The translations under genes and the position numbers were made by a program. Shown in pieces: positions 1 through 8,154 of a stretch of 13,036 nucleotides of DNA (within the stretch, counting starts at the first letter, position 1; each line of letters starts with the position of its first letter). A model generated the notes under the pieces. It had not been told where the DNA came from. It did no database searches and was given only the letters and a program-made list of their open reading frames with translations. Source of the stretch: a virus (taxonomy: Duplodnaviria > Heunggongvirae > Uroviricota > Caudoviricetes); the IMG/VR virus record IMGVR_UViG_2724679140_000014; one strand, given 5' to 3'.

Positions 1-1242
1 ATGGCACGAAAAACCACCCCACTAACCATTACGGAGATCAAAAACGCACGACCAGGGGAAAAGGAATACACCCTGCAGGATGGCGGAGGATTATTTCTTC
101 TGGTGAAGCCCTCCGGATCAAAAATATGGCGTTTTACGTACTACCGCCCGGCAGATAAAAAACGGACTATTATCAGCCTTGGATCGCTAAATGATGTTTC
201 CCTGTCTGATGCCAGAGAGCGACGGAATGAATACAGGTCACTCATAGCAAAGGGAATTGACCCACAGGACCATGAACGCCGGAAACGTGAAGCAGAGAGC
301 CGGAAAAAGGGCAACACGTTCGAAAAAGTTGCCTCGGACTGGTACGAGATGAAAAAAGGCCAGAATCTGGCTTACAACACGATTAAGGATATCTGGCGAT
401 CCCTGGAAAAATACGTATTCCCGTACATCGGAAACACGCCAATAGATACCCTCACCGCTCGCCGCTTTGTTGAGATACTCACCCCCATTAAAGCACGCGG
501 CAACCTGGAAACTCTGAAACGCGTTTTGCAGCGCATCAATGAAGTGATGGATTTTGCCGCCAACAGTGGGCTGATTGACATCAACACCGCCGCGAACGTC
601 CGCAAGGCATTCCCCTCACCCACCAAAAAGCACATGCCAACCATCCGACCGGAACAGCTACCGCAGCTAATGCACGATTTATCGGTCGCCAGCATAGAAC
701 GGCAAACCAGATTGCTGATTGAGTGGCAACTGCTGACCGTAGCACGCCCAGCCGAAGCAGCCGCCGCACGCTGGGAAGAAATAGATCTCGATGCCGAAAC
801 CTGGACGATTCCAGCCGGACGCATGAAGATGCGCCGTGACCATGTGATCCCACTTTGCGGTCAGGCTATGGCTGTACTGGAAACCATGAAGCCAATCAGC
901 GCACACAGGGAACACGTTTTTCCCAGCCTTAAAAATCCGATGCTGCCAATGAGCAGCCAGACCGCTAACGCTGCATTACGCCGGATGGGTTACGCTGGTG
1001 TGCTGGTGTCTCACGGATTACGCGCCATATTCAGCACAGCAGCGAACGAGGAAGGATTCGAGCCGGACGTAATCGAGGCCGCACTCGCACACGTGGACAC
1101 GAACGAGGTAAGGCGGGCATATAACAGAAGTAACTACCTGGAAAAGCGCGTGGTGCTTATGCGCTGGTGGGGGGAATTTGTAGAGGCCGCAGCTACCGGA
1201 GTGACCATAGCCAGTGGTAAAAGGGGTATCCGTGCCGTGTAA
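1..1242 (+). CDS. int: Tyrosine recombinase/integrase, P4/CP4-57 (IntA-like) family, 413 aa, apparently full length
   Basis: 413-aa ORF starting at base 1. The N-terminus (MARKTTPLT..EIKNA..GGGLFLLVKPSGSKIWRFTYYRP) and C-terminal catalytic region (HGLRAIFST..VIEAALAH..RAYNRSNYLEKR) match the P4-type integrase pattern as I recall it. The length equals E. coli IntA, and an alpA gene follows as in CP4-57-like islands. Confidence 0.9.
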   Translation: MARKTTPLTITEIKNARPGEKEYTLQDGGGLFLLVKPSGSKIWRFTYYRPADKKRTIISLGSLNDVSLSDARERRNEYRSLIAKGIDPQDHERRKREAESRKKGNTFEKVASDWYEMKKGQNLAYNTIKDIWRSLEKYVFPYIGNTPIDTLTARRFVEILTPIKARGNLETLKRVLQRINEVMDFAANSGLIDINTAANVRKAFPSPTKKHMPTIRPEQLPQLMHDLSVASIERQTRLLIEWQLLTVARPAEAAAARWEEIDLDAETWTIPAGRMKMRRDHVIPLCGQAMAVLETMKPISAHREHVFPSLKNPMLPMSSQTANAALRRMGYAGVLVSHGLRAIFSTAANEEGFEPDVIEAALAHVDTNEVRRAYNRSNYLEKRVVLMRWWGEFVEAAATGVTIASGKRGIRAV

Positions 1243-1266
1243 CTGTACAAAAAACCAGTAAAAGCG

Positions 1267-1295
1267 ATGCAAACCATGCTAAACCATCGTATAAT
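1267..1295 (+). promoter_or_regulatory. Candidate sigma70 promoter (perfect -10 TATAAT at 1290-1295, weak -35 about 17 bp upstream)
   Basis: TATAAT hexamer read directly in the int/orf80 intergenic region; the -35 match is poor (ATGCAA). Confidence 0.25.
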
Positions 1296-1358
1296 CGCCA
1301 CAACCCACCCAATACAGAGAGGAGTCACCCAAATCATGAAATTCAAGGAGCTATCCAG

Positions 1359-1601
1359 GTGTTTTTCAATGAAAAGGTATCCCCTGCTTGCGGCGAAGGG
1401 CTGCAACTGGCGTTAATGGCAAATCGTGAATTCTGGTCAACATACGATCCGGAAGACAAATCAACAGCCCCCACAAAACACGAGGTAGTCAGTTTTTTAC
1501 GCTCGCGTGGCGCATCGAAAAATCTGGCTGAAAGCATCGACAAGGTGCTGAGGCCCACCAGCCTTAAATGTGGTGGGCGACCTAAGAAGTGGAAACGGTA
1601 A
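1359..1601 (+). CDS. Hypothetical small protein (80 aa, GTG start)
   Basis: ORF with a Shine-Dalgarno-like AAGGAG 8 nt upstream of the GTG, followed by a strong intrinsic terminator. No recognisable family. Confidence 0.35.
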   Translation: MFFNEKVSPACGEGLQLALMANREFWSTYDPEDKSTAPTKHEVVSFLRSRGASKNLAESIDKVLRPTSLKCGGRPKKWKR

Positions 1602-1606
1602 TCACA

Positions 1607-1636
1607 ATAGCGGCCCCTTGCGGTCGCTATTTTTTT
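1607..1636 (+). terminator. Rho-independent terminator
   Basis: 9-bp stem ATAGCGGCC/GGTCGCTAT (one G-U pair) with a 6-nt loop, followed by a T6 run; sits right after the orf80 stop. Confidence 0.6.
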
Positions 1637-1665
1637 GCAAAAAGAAAGCGTAATCAATGAGATAA

Positions 1666-1705
1666 AAAACAGTGAGTACCGTTTTAAAACGGTGAGTACT
1701 GTTTT
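1666..1705. promoter_or_regulatory. Two tandem 20-bp dyad-symmetric operator-like sites upstream of alpA
   Basis: AAAACAGTGAGTACCGTTTT (1666-1685) and AAAACGGTGAGTACTGTTTT (1686-1705), each with inverted AAAAC/GTTTT flanks around a GTGAGTAC core, 20 bp centre to centre. Confidence 0.4.
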
Positions 1706-1770
1706 TCCCGCCCTGCCCTGTTTTACCGTATTTATCACCGGAATACGCCGGATTAACGAGGTAAAACACG

Positions 1771-1977
1771 ATGGAAGTAATCAGAAAAATTCTTACCCGT
1801 CAGGAAGTAAAAAATATTCTGCGCATCAAGGCAGACAGTTCGCTACAGGACATGATCAACGCCGGAAAATTCCCGAAAGGCTTCAAAATCGGTCTGCGCC
1901 GTGTTGGCTGGTATGAAGATGAAGTGCTGGCCTGGCTGAAAGAGCGCGAGGAAGAAGCGCGCGGAACGGCTGCGTAA
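1771..1977 (+). CDS. alpA: AlpA-family transcriptional regulator (Phage_AlpA, excisionase-like HTH), 68 aa
   Basis: Small protein with the AlpA-like pattern (..FPKGFKIGLRRVGWYEDEVLAWLKERE..) directly downstream of a P4-family integrase; GAGG 9 nt upstream of the ATG. Confidence 0.85.
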   Translation: MEVIRKILTRQEVKNILRIKADSSLQDMINAGKFPKGFKIGLRRVGWYEDEVLAWLKEREEEARGTAA

Positions 1978-2259
1978 TGGTGTGAGGCGTAACGCGATGA
2001 ACATAACAAAAAGCGCCCCGTTGCCGGAGCGCCCTTGCGAACAATTAACCTGCTGCGAAAAAAATGGATCAGTGCAGGGGAATTATATCAACCGTGTGGC
2101 GAAGCGCCACAATTGCCGGATAACAGGCAAAACAAAGGCCACCCGCTACGGTGGCCCCTCGACACAAGCTACACGTTATCCCCAACGCATGAGCATAGCC
2201 AACAATGCCACATTTGCGGCTGGTGGGCAATGTGATCAGTGTGCTGGCTTGCTGGTGGG

Positions 2260-2457
2260 CTATTCCTGCTCTTTAGTATCGCCATGCTGCGATGTTTTCC
2301 AGGCATGCGATCCCATTTTTGTGCGCCTGTACTCTTTAAGGAATTTCTCAAGAGCAAACGAACAAGGTGCGAATCTTTCCTGTTCTTGTTCGCTTACCGC
2401 ATTTTTGCGTTGTTTTTTCCTGGATGAGGATAATTTCTTTAATGATTTGTCAGTCAT
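2260..2457 (-). CDS. Possible small basic protein (65 aa), weakly supported
   Basis: ORF just downstream of the 2515-2694 gene on the same strand. It ends in ..KEQE like that gene, and the 3' end repeats the DNA motif TCCTGCTCTTT (2264-2274 and 2518-2528). Weak RBS. Confidence 0.2.
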   Translation of the reverse strand: MTDKSLKKLSSSRKKQRKNAVSEQEQERFAPCSFALEKFLKEYRRTKMGSHAWKTSQHGDTKEQE

Positions 2458-2514
2458 CGTATATACCTGTAACCCTGTGCGCCACAGTTCATCACTCCAC
2501 GGCGCTAGTGATGG

Positions 2515-2694
2515 TTACTCCTGCTCTTTGGCCTTGCGACGCTGGCGGCGTTTGATCTCGCCGCGCATGGCTGCACTTATAAACTGCCCTGTACTTTCGC
2601 CTTCTTCTTTCACGTTTTCCATGCCTTCAATAATTTCATGGGCAATACGTGCAGTTACAGATTGTGATTTTGCATTCTTTGGACCTGTTGCCAT
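2515..2694 (-). CDS. Hypothetical small basic protein (59 aa, MATGPKNAKSQ..RRQRRKAKEQE)
   Basis: Internal ATG of the 2515-2733 ORF preceded by a strong RBS (AAGGAG, 6-nt spacer); a promoter-like -35/-10 (TTCAAA/TATATT on the minus strand) and a GTGTAAGACA operator-like site lie immediately upstream. Confidence 0.45.
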   Translation of the reverse strand: MATGPKNAKSQSVTARIAHEIIEGMENVKEEGESTGQFISAAMRGEIKRRQRRKAKEQE

Positions 2695-2715
2695 GTCTAA
2701 CTCCTTATGTTGTTG

Positions 2716-2796
2716 GTGTAAGACAATATACACGAAAAAAAATTATTTTGAAGGCTTGACGTGTAAGACACTTGTATTTTACATTGTGTCTTACAC
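2716..2796. promoter_or_regulatory. Divergent promoter/operator region with three copies of a 10-bp GTGTAAGACA motif
   Basis: GTGTAAGACA at 2716-2725 and 2761-2770 (direct) and TGTCTTACAC at 2787-2796 (inverted); TTGACG -35-like at 2756-2761 on the + strand; minus-strand -35/-10 candidates at 2749-2754 and 2726-2731. Confidence 0.5.
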
Positions 2797-2893
2797 CTTG
2801 TTAATGCAAGGCACAGAAACGACGAAACCCCGCACTGTAGGAGCAGTAACGGGGCTTCTAACCACCAACGATAGCAGAAGTATCGAGGTAGCT

Positions 2894-3433
2894 ATGAGAA
2901 ATCATACCACACACCCGCAAGGGCGGGACTCGCACAACCTGAATAAAGCGGGTATGAAAAACCTGTTGATCGCCACTGCCAGCCAGGGCTATGATTTACC
3001 CGCACCAGCAAAATCTGGTGCCGGGATTGGCGTCCTGGTATTTAACGAAGCGCACAACACGCGCCCTGCGTGTTTTTTTGTGCCGGATAGTCACACCTTA
3101 TCAATGGTGGGCTGTATGGGGGCGGAGCAATCCGCGCCGGGTTCTTCGTTAACCGGTTACGCCAACCCTGTACAGTCCACCGCCAGCGAAATTGGCGTTT
3201 CCTGCGGTGGGTTTATTAAACCTAACGAAGAGGCTGCCAACATGGCTACTACCCCTACCCTTGTACATTCTCAAACTGCCTTTATCTGGCGCTTTATCAT
3301 CTTTGGCGCGTCAGAGTCCCAAATCATCCACGTCACCGCCTGGACGGAACGCGAAGCGCGTAACCATTGCCCGTCAGGTTGTGTCGCTGTATTCGCCGCC
3401 CGTATTCGCCAGGGGGTGCACCATGTGCAATAA
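2894..3433 (+). CDS. Possible CDS (179 aa) of unknown function; the coding part of a long stop-free frame
   Basis: 3' portion of the 483-aa ORF. GAGG 5 nt upstream of the ATG at 2894 and a hairpin (2822-2855) in the putative leader. Ala/Gly/Ser/Thr-rich composition is atypical, so this may be non-coding. Confidence 0.25.
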   Translation: MRNHTTHPQGRDSHNLNKAGMKNLLIATASQGYDLPAPAKSGAGIGVLVFNEAHNTRPACFFVPDSHTLSMVGCMGAEQSAPGSSLTGYANPVQSTASEIGVSCGGFIKPNEEAANMATTPTLVHSQTAFIWRFIIFGASESQIIHVTAWTEREARNHCPSGCVAVFAARIRQGVHHVQ

Positions 3434-3662
3434 CACCCGTCCGGACGCAGCCGCCGAAGCTATAAAAACACTGATTGATGCGCTGATTGATATTTCTGTT
3501 ATCGCAGACAAGGCGCATAAGTACGCCACCAGCGAAACAGAATATGCCGGGGCTTTCGTTCCTCACTCACTGGCTGTTATGCAACTTAGTGCTGATATGG
3601 CGCTGAATGAGGCTAAAGCAATCCTGATTGCTGATTGTGAAAATGGGGGGGGTTATGCGTGA
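3423..3662 (+). CDS. Hypothetical small acidic protein (79 aa)
   Basis: Internal ATG of the 3192-3662 ORF preceded by AGGGGG; protein-like helical sequence (AEAIKTLIDALIDISVIADKAHKYA..); stop overlaps the next start. Confidence 0.4.
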   Translation: MCNNTRPDAAAEAIKTLIDALIDISVIADKAHKYATSETEYAGAFVPHSLAVMQLSADMALNEAKAILIADCENGGGYA

Positions 3663-3888
3663 TGATCGTTTTAATGCCCTGAAACAGGAATTTGATGGCG
3701 TATCGGATGATGCGGGTGATGCGTTGCTGGTTGTTAATGACCTGATAAAGGCCGCATGTTTTTTAATTGGAACCACTGAGCATTCAGGAACAGGCAGCGA
3801 TATTCTCGTTATTGCGTCGGACTATGCTGAATATGTGGCAGAGGCACGTTACAGAAGAAAATTCCCGGAAGATGTAAGCCATGTGTGA
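3655..3888 (+). CDS. Hypothetical small acidic protein (77 aa)
   Basis: ATG at 3655 overlapping the upstream stop (translational coupling), preceded by a G-rich RBS. Confidence 0.4.
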   Translation: MRDDRFNALKQEFDGVSDDAGDALLVVNDLIKAACFLIGTTEHSGTGSDILVIASDYAEYVAEARYRRKFPEDVSHV

Positions 3889-4114
3889 TATTTACAATGA
3901 CACAGTAGACCGTGCATACCGTGCTCTTGCTTACAGTGAAAACATGCTTGAAATATTGCGCTTATGGCTTGAAACGCTTGGCGATAATGAAAGAGATAAA
4001 CGCAACAGCAATATTGCGACGGCGTTAATAACGCTTCTTGAGCCGGTAATAATGGAACTACAAGAAATAGACCTTTTGCACGACAGATATAAAGAACAAC
4101 ACACCGGGAAATAA
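3881..4114 (+). CDS. Hypothetical small protein (77 aa)
   Basis: ATG overlaps the upstream stop (ATGTGTGA); part of the same tightly packed operon. Confidence 0.45.
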   Translation: MCDIYNDTVDRAYRALAYSENMLEILRLWLETLGDNERDKRNSNIATALITLLEPVIMELQEIDLLHDRYKEQHTGK

Positions 4115-4119
4115 AAACC

Positions 4120-4434
4120 ATGAAACAGAAAATTTCTGGCTTTACTGCCAGCGGCCCCGCTCGGCCTGAAATCCGCCCCGGCGATATTTTCAAAGATAAA
4201 TATGGTGGACGAATAACGATAAAAACCGTTGACGATTTTCGCGTGACTTATATTCGCGAAGGTTATGCGCATCCCTGCGTGTCGTCACATATGCGTTTTG
4301 AGAGTGAATTCACCCTGGTAAGCAAAGCACCACCAGCGAACTTAAGCGACATCGACAGAATCATGCGCGTTACAGGTATGGAACGCATTAAGGCAGTACG
4401 TGAAATTATTCGTGAACGGGGAAAAGCAAAATGA
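4120..4434 (+). CDS. Hypothetical protein (104 aa) immediately upstream of, and overlapping, the replication gene
   Basis: ORF whose stop overlaps the start of the 710-aa gene (ATGA at 4431-4434). Confidence 0.5.
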   Translation: MKQKISGFTASGPARPEIRPGDIFKDKYGGRITIKTVDDFRVTYIREGYAHPCVSSHMRFESEFTLVSKAPPANLSDIDRIMRVTGMERIKAVREIIRERGKAK

Positions 4435-6563
4435 AACTGGCACCGAACGTAAAACTGTTACCGAAAGATAAAGGCGAGGATGCAGTGATTTTTGCGGGGG
4501 ATGACGCATACAGCCACGCAGAGCATTACATGCAGGGCGGAGAAGCCAGAAAGCGCGGCGACAAAATACCACCTGTTTATCTCGGACGGCGTGACCTGGG
4601 TAATCTGGAAAACCTGCGTATTGTGGATGAGGGTCGGTCACGCGCCATCGTCAGACGTGCCGGAAAACTGGATGACAAACTGGCGCTACAGATTGAAACC
4701 CTGCTGGCAGTGGCTGGTGTTAAGGAAGCCTGTTTTTGTGACGAGAACGGCGATTTACTGGAGGACTGGACACCACAGCTTGCCCGACTGAAAGACGAAT
4801 ACGAGCGCGGGGAAAGTCTGGTGTTGCCCTTAAAGAAAAAAATCACAGAAAACCAGGGCGATGATGAATTAAAGCCCCGCGTTGAAAGCCGCGCCGATGG
4901 TGTTTTCTGGGTAACGCCAAAAGTTGACAAGCAGTCAGGCGAAATTATCCGGCCTGAGACGTGGTTATGTTCCCCGCTTGAACTACTGGGAACGGGGACA
5001 ATCGGCAAAGAGCATTACCGCGTGATGCGCTGGAAGAAACCCGCAAACCATGAAGTCATCACAATGGCGGTTCCGTGCGGGGGCATTGGCGACCGTGACG
5101 GCTGGCGGTTGCTGAAAGACCACGGCCTGAACGTGACAACCAACGGCAAATACAGGGCTATCCTGGCTGACTGGATGCAGTTAAGCGGAAACCATGAGGA
5201 ATGGCAGTTAAGCACAACAACGGGCTGGCATTTTGGCGCGTACATCATGCCGGACGGTTCGGTCATTGGTGATTGCGAAAAGCCAGTCCTGTTTACCGGA
5301 AAAACGGCTGCTGTTAATGGTTATTCCGTGGCAGGAACGGCGGAGGGCTGGCGCGATACCGTTGCGCGGCTGGCTGGTGGTAATCCGTCCATGATGCTGG
5401 GTGTGGCGGTATCGTTATCTGCACCATTAATCGGGCTGGTGGGCGCTGACGGCTTCGGGGTACATCTTTTCGAACAGTCATCGGCAGGTAAGACCACAAC
5501 GCAGAACATCGCATCAAGTTTATGGGGAGAGCCGGACGCGCAGCGGCTGACCTGGTACGGCACAGCGTTAGGTATCGCCAACGAAGCAGAGGCACACAAT
5601 GACGGGCTTTTACCCCTGGATGAAATAGGCCAGGCCGGAAACGCGCGGGAGGTGTCCACGTCAGCCTATACGCTGTTTAACGGTTCCGGGAAATTACAGG
5701 GGGCGAAGGACGGCGGCAACAGGGAGATCAAACACTGGCGCACGGTGGCAATCAGCACCGGAGAAATGGACGTTGAGACATTCCTCAAAACGGAGGGGAT
5801 AAAAGTCAAGGCGGGGCAGCTTGTCCGCCTGCTTAACGTGCCAATGGAAAAAGCCACGCAGTTTCACGAATACAGCACCGGAAAGGCGCACGCAGACGCG
5901 TTAAAAGATGCCTGGACAGAAAATCACGGGGCGGCGGGGCGTGAGTGGGTTAAATGGCTGGCAGACCACCAGCAGGAGACAAAGGACACGGTAAGGGCAT
6001 GCCGTGAACGGTGGCGCAACCTGATACCGGAGAGCTACGGCGAGCAGGTACACCGCGTGGGTGAGCGTTTCGCCATACTGGAGGCCGCGCTTGTGCTTTC
6101 CGGTCATGTGACTGGCTGGGATGAGCAGGAATGCCGTGATGCCATTCAGCATAATTTTAATGCCTGGGTGAAGGAATTCGGTACGGGCAACAGGGAACAC
6201 AGGCAGATTATTGAACAGGCTGAGGCGTTTCTTGCGGCCTATGGCCTGAGCAGGTTCGCCCCTGTCAATTATGACCCTGCCAGCCTGCCGATTTCAGAAC
6301 TGTACGGCTACAGGGAAAGCGACGGGCGTTATGACGAGCCTGTTTTGTTTTACGTGCTGCCGGAGCCGTTTAGCTCACATGTGGCGAAGGGATTTAACAA
6401 GGATGCCGTAGCAAAGACCCTTCATGAAGCCGGAATGCTGAGAAAACCAGCCAGCGGGCGGGGATGGCAAATCAGGACACCACGACTAAAACACCTGAAA
6501 GGGGCGCGGCTAAGAGTGTATGGCCTTTTGCTGACACAGGACCACGATGCTGAAAATGATTAA
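4431..6563 (+). CDS. Satellite replication initiator: primase/helicase-like protein with a P-loop NTPase domain (DUF927/D5-like), 710 aa
   Basis: Large ORF with a Walker-A-like motif (FEQSSAGKTT), placed directly upstream of an iteron array as in PICI pri-rep modules. Family assignment is from recalled domain architecture, not a search. Confidence 0.75.
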   Translation: MKLAPNVKLLPKDKGEDAVIFAGDDAYSHAEHYMQGGEARKRGDKIPPVYLGRRDLGNLENLRIVDEGRSRAIVRRAGKLDDKLALQIETLLAVAGVKEACFCDENGDLLEDWTPQLARLKDEYERGESLVLPLKKKITENQGDDELKPRVESRADGVFWVTPKVDKQSGEIIRPETWLCSPLELLGTGTIGKEHYRVMRWKKPANHEVITMAVPCGGIGDRDGWRLLKDHGLNVTTNGKYRAILADWMQLSGNHEEWQLSTTTGWHFGAYIMPDGSVIGDCEKPVLFTGKTAAVNGYSVAGTAEGWRDTVARLAGGNPSMMLGVAVSLSAPLIGLVGADGFGVHLFEQSSAGKTTTQNIASSLWGEPDAQRLTWYGTALGIANEAEAHNDGLLPLDEIGQAGNAREVSTSAYTLFNGSGKLQGAKDGGNREIKHWRTVAISTGEMDVETFLKTEGIKVKAGQLVRLLNVPMEKATQFHEYSTGKAHADALKDAWTENHGAAGREWVKWLADHQQETKDTVRACRERWRNLIPESYGEQVHRVGERFAILEAALVLSGHVTGWDEQECRDAIQHNFNAWVKEFGTGNREHRQIIEQAEAFLAAYGLSRFAPVNYDPASLPISELYGYRESDGRYDEPVLFYVLPEPFSSHVAKGFNKDAVAKTLHEAGMLRKPASGRGWQIRTPRLKHLKGARLRVYGLLLTQDHDAEND

Positions 6564-6588
6564 TCTCGCGTGTAGGAGGTAAAAATAT

Positions 6589-6900
6589 GTTGTCCCAGTC
6601 GTCCCAGTAAGCAATAAGCAATCGTAACACATTGAATTACATATATTTCACTTACAAAAAGTGGGACAACAGCGGGACAATATTCAGGCATTTTGGGACA
6701 ACATAGCGGCATTTTGGGACGACACGACATGTATTTTTTACCGTGCTGGAGGGTGGGACAACACAAAAAACCTCATGTCGTCCCAAAATCGCCTTATGTC
6801 GTCCCACTTTGTGGAGTGTGTTTTTAATAAAATCAACAGGTTAACATTAAGTGGGACAACCGGGACAACTGGGACGACGTGTTTTGTATATATATATACG
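6589..6900. repeat. Iteron-type origin of replication: at least 13 copies of a 9-10-bp GGGACRAC motif in both orientations around AT-rich spacers, ending in a (TA)n tract
   Basis: Forward copies at 6661-6670, 6672-6681, 6693-6702, 6714-6723, 6753-6762, 6851-6860, 6861-6869, 6870-6878; inverted copies (GTYGTCCCA) at 6589-6598, 6599-6607, 6777-6786, 6798-6807; AT-rich blocks at 6608-6660 and 6880-6900 (GTATATATATATATAC). Confidence 0.7.
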
Positions 6901-6919
6901 AAAAATCGAGATCTGAACT

Positions 6920-7162
6920 ATGAAGTTAAACCGCAAACAACCACACTACCGCGCCATTGACCTTACAGAGCACTGGCTGAGGGTGGCGATAAAAATCATC
7001 GACCGCAACGCGGGAGAAGGATACGCGAAAGCACATCCCGAACTGATAAGCGCATTCATGGCCACGGCGGCGGCAAATTTTGCCACGCTGACAGAGCGGG
7101 AGATTGCCGAAGCGGAACAGGTGACAACCATCAACGTTAAAACCGGAGAGCAGACAGCATGA
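6920..7162 (+). CDS. Hypothetical small protein (80 aa)
   Basis: ORF just after the ori; stop overlaps the SSB start (ATGA). Weak RBS. Confidence 0.4.
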   Translation: MKLNRKQPHYRAIDLTEHWLRVAIKIIDRNAGEGYAKAHPELISAFMATAAANFATLTEREIAEAEQVTTINVKTGEQTA

Positions 7163-7581
7163 CAGCACAGATAGCAGCTTACGGGCGGCTGGTGGCTGAC
7201 CCGCAGTTAAAGACCACCAGCAAGGGGACACAAATGGCGATGGTGAGTATGGCGGTTCCCCTGCCGTGCAGCCAGGCAGATGACGGAACGGCGACGATGT
7301 GGTTATCCGTCCTGGCGTTTGGCAGACAGGCCGATGCACTGGCCAGGCACCAGAAAGGCGAACTGGTGAGCGTGGCGGGTAACATGCAGGTAAGCCAGTG
7401 GACAGGCCAGAACGGCGAAACGCGGCAGGGCTGGCAGGTCATCGCAGACAGCGTAATCAGTGCGCGAACGGCGCGACCGGGCGGCAAAAAAGGTCAACAG
7501 GGCCAGGCTACTGACGCACTGAACAGGGCAAAACAACAGGCGGGAAATGATGACCCGTACGGGGATAACATCCCGTTTTAA
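7159..7581 (+). CDS. ssb: Single-stranded DNA-binding protein (SSB-like), 140 aa
   Basis: OB-fold-like N-terminal pattern (..YGRLVADPQLKTT..G...WLSVLAFGRQAD.LA...KG..V.V.G......W....G..R..W.V.) and an acidic C-terminal tip ending DDPYGDNIPF, resembling the SSB ..DDDIPF tail. Confidence 0.75.
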   Translation: MTAQIAAYGRLVADPQLKTTSKGTQMAMVSMAVPLPCSQADDGTATMWLSVLAFGRQADALARHQKGELVSVAGNMQVSQWTGQNGETRQGWQVIADSVISARTARPGGKKGQQGQATDALNRAKQQAGNDDPYGDNIPF

Positions 7582-7617
7582 TTCACAACAGCGAACAGAG
7601 TAATTACAGGGGAAGGC

Positions 7618-8154
7618 ATGACAACGCTGACCATTAACCGAAAACCGAAAGGCATTTACGGCACGCAGTCAGAAACGACGCAGGCGGCACAGCAGCAGGA
7701 TAAAACCACATCGGCGCATAAAGTGATACCCGGCAATCAGAACGCACAGCAGAGCCGCAAAGGGCAGCCCACAGGGGTGACACCGTGGCGGCATATGACC
7801 AAACGCCAGCGCAAAAACCGCAGACGCGTTAACCGCCTTATTGAGCTGTGGCCTGATTTATTCAGCCGGGAAACACCGAAGCCGCTTAAGGTGGGGATAT
7901 TCGACGACCTGATGCAGGATCTCGCCGTCAGGGGGCTGGCATTCGGGCCAGGGGCATTACGTGCGACGCTGGCATCTTATGCGCAGTCTCCGCGCTATTA
8001 CCGCGCCTTAATGGCTGGTGGTGCACGTTACGACCTGAAAGGCCAGCCATGTGGGGAAGTGACACCACAGGAACAGCAGGAGGCAGAAACGCGGCTGGCA
8101 GCACTGAATGAAAAGCGCAAACGTCAGGCGACAAAGGAGAGGACAGGCGCATGA
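7618..8154 (+). CDS. ProQ/FinO-domain RNA-binding protein (RNA chaperone-like), 178 aa
   Basis: Core region LIELWPDLF..PKPLKVGIFDDL....ALRATLASYAQSPRYYRAL..GGARYDLKGQPCGEVT matches the ProQ/FinO fold signature as in E. coli ProQ (..[43 protein letters not shown]..). Confidence 0.75.
   Translation: MTTLTINRKPKGIYGTQSETTQAAQQQDKTTSAHKVIPGNQNAQQSRKGQPTGVTPWRHMTKRQRKNRRRVNRLIELWPDLFSRETPKPLKVGIFDDLMQDLAVRGLAFGPGALRATLASYAQSPRYYRALMAGGARYDLKGQPCGEVTPQEQQEAETRLAALNEKRKRQATKERTGA

Noticed and set aside
372-915. Minus-strand ORFs (150, 90 and 78 aa) inside the integrase gene
   Set aside because: Antisense to a well-supported integrase CDS, with no RBS and non-protein-like composition.
1336-1413. 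Alternative 25-aa ORF starting at ATG 1336 after GAGGAG
   Set aside because: Very short, out of frame with the better-supported 1359-1601 ORF, and the RBS spacing (12 nt) is long.
1982-3433. 483-aa ORF as a single real gene
   Set aside because: Its 5' half overlaps a minus-strand gene with a strong RBS and a promoter/operator region, and the predicted protein is Cys-rich and low-complexity; at most the 3' part (2894-3433) may be coding.
4577-6200. Several 60-143-aa ORFs antisense to, or out of frame within, the primase/helicase gene
   Set aside because: Embedded in a strongly supported 710-aa CDS; typical antisense artefacts.
6589-6900. Possible CRISPR array
   Set aside because: Repeats are only 9-10 bp, occur in both orientations with irregular spacing and no unique spacers of uniform length; the pattern fits replication iterons.
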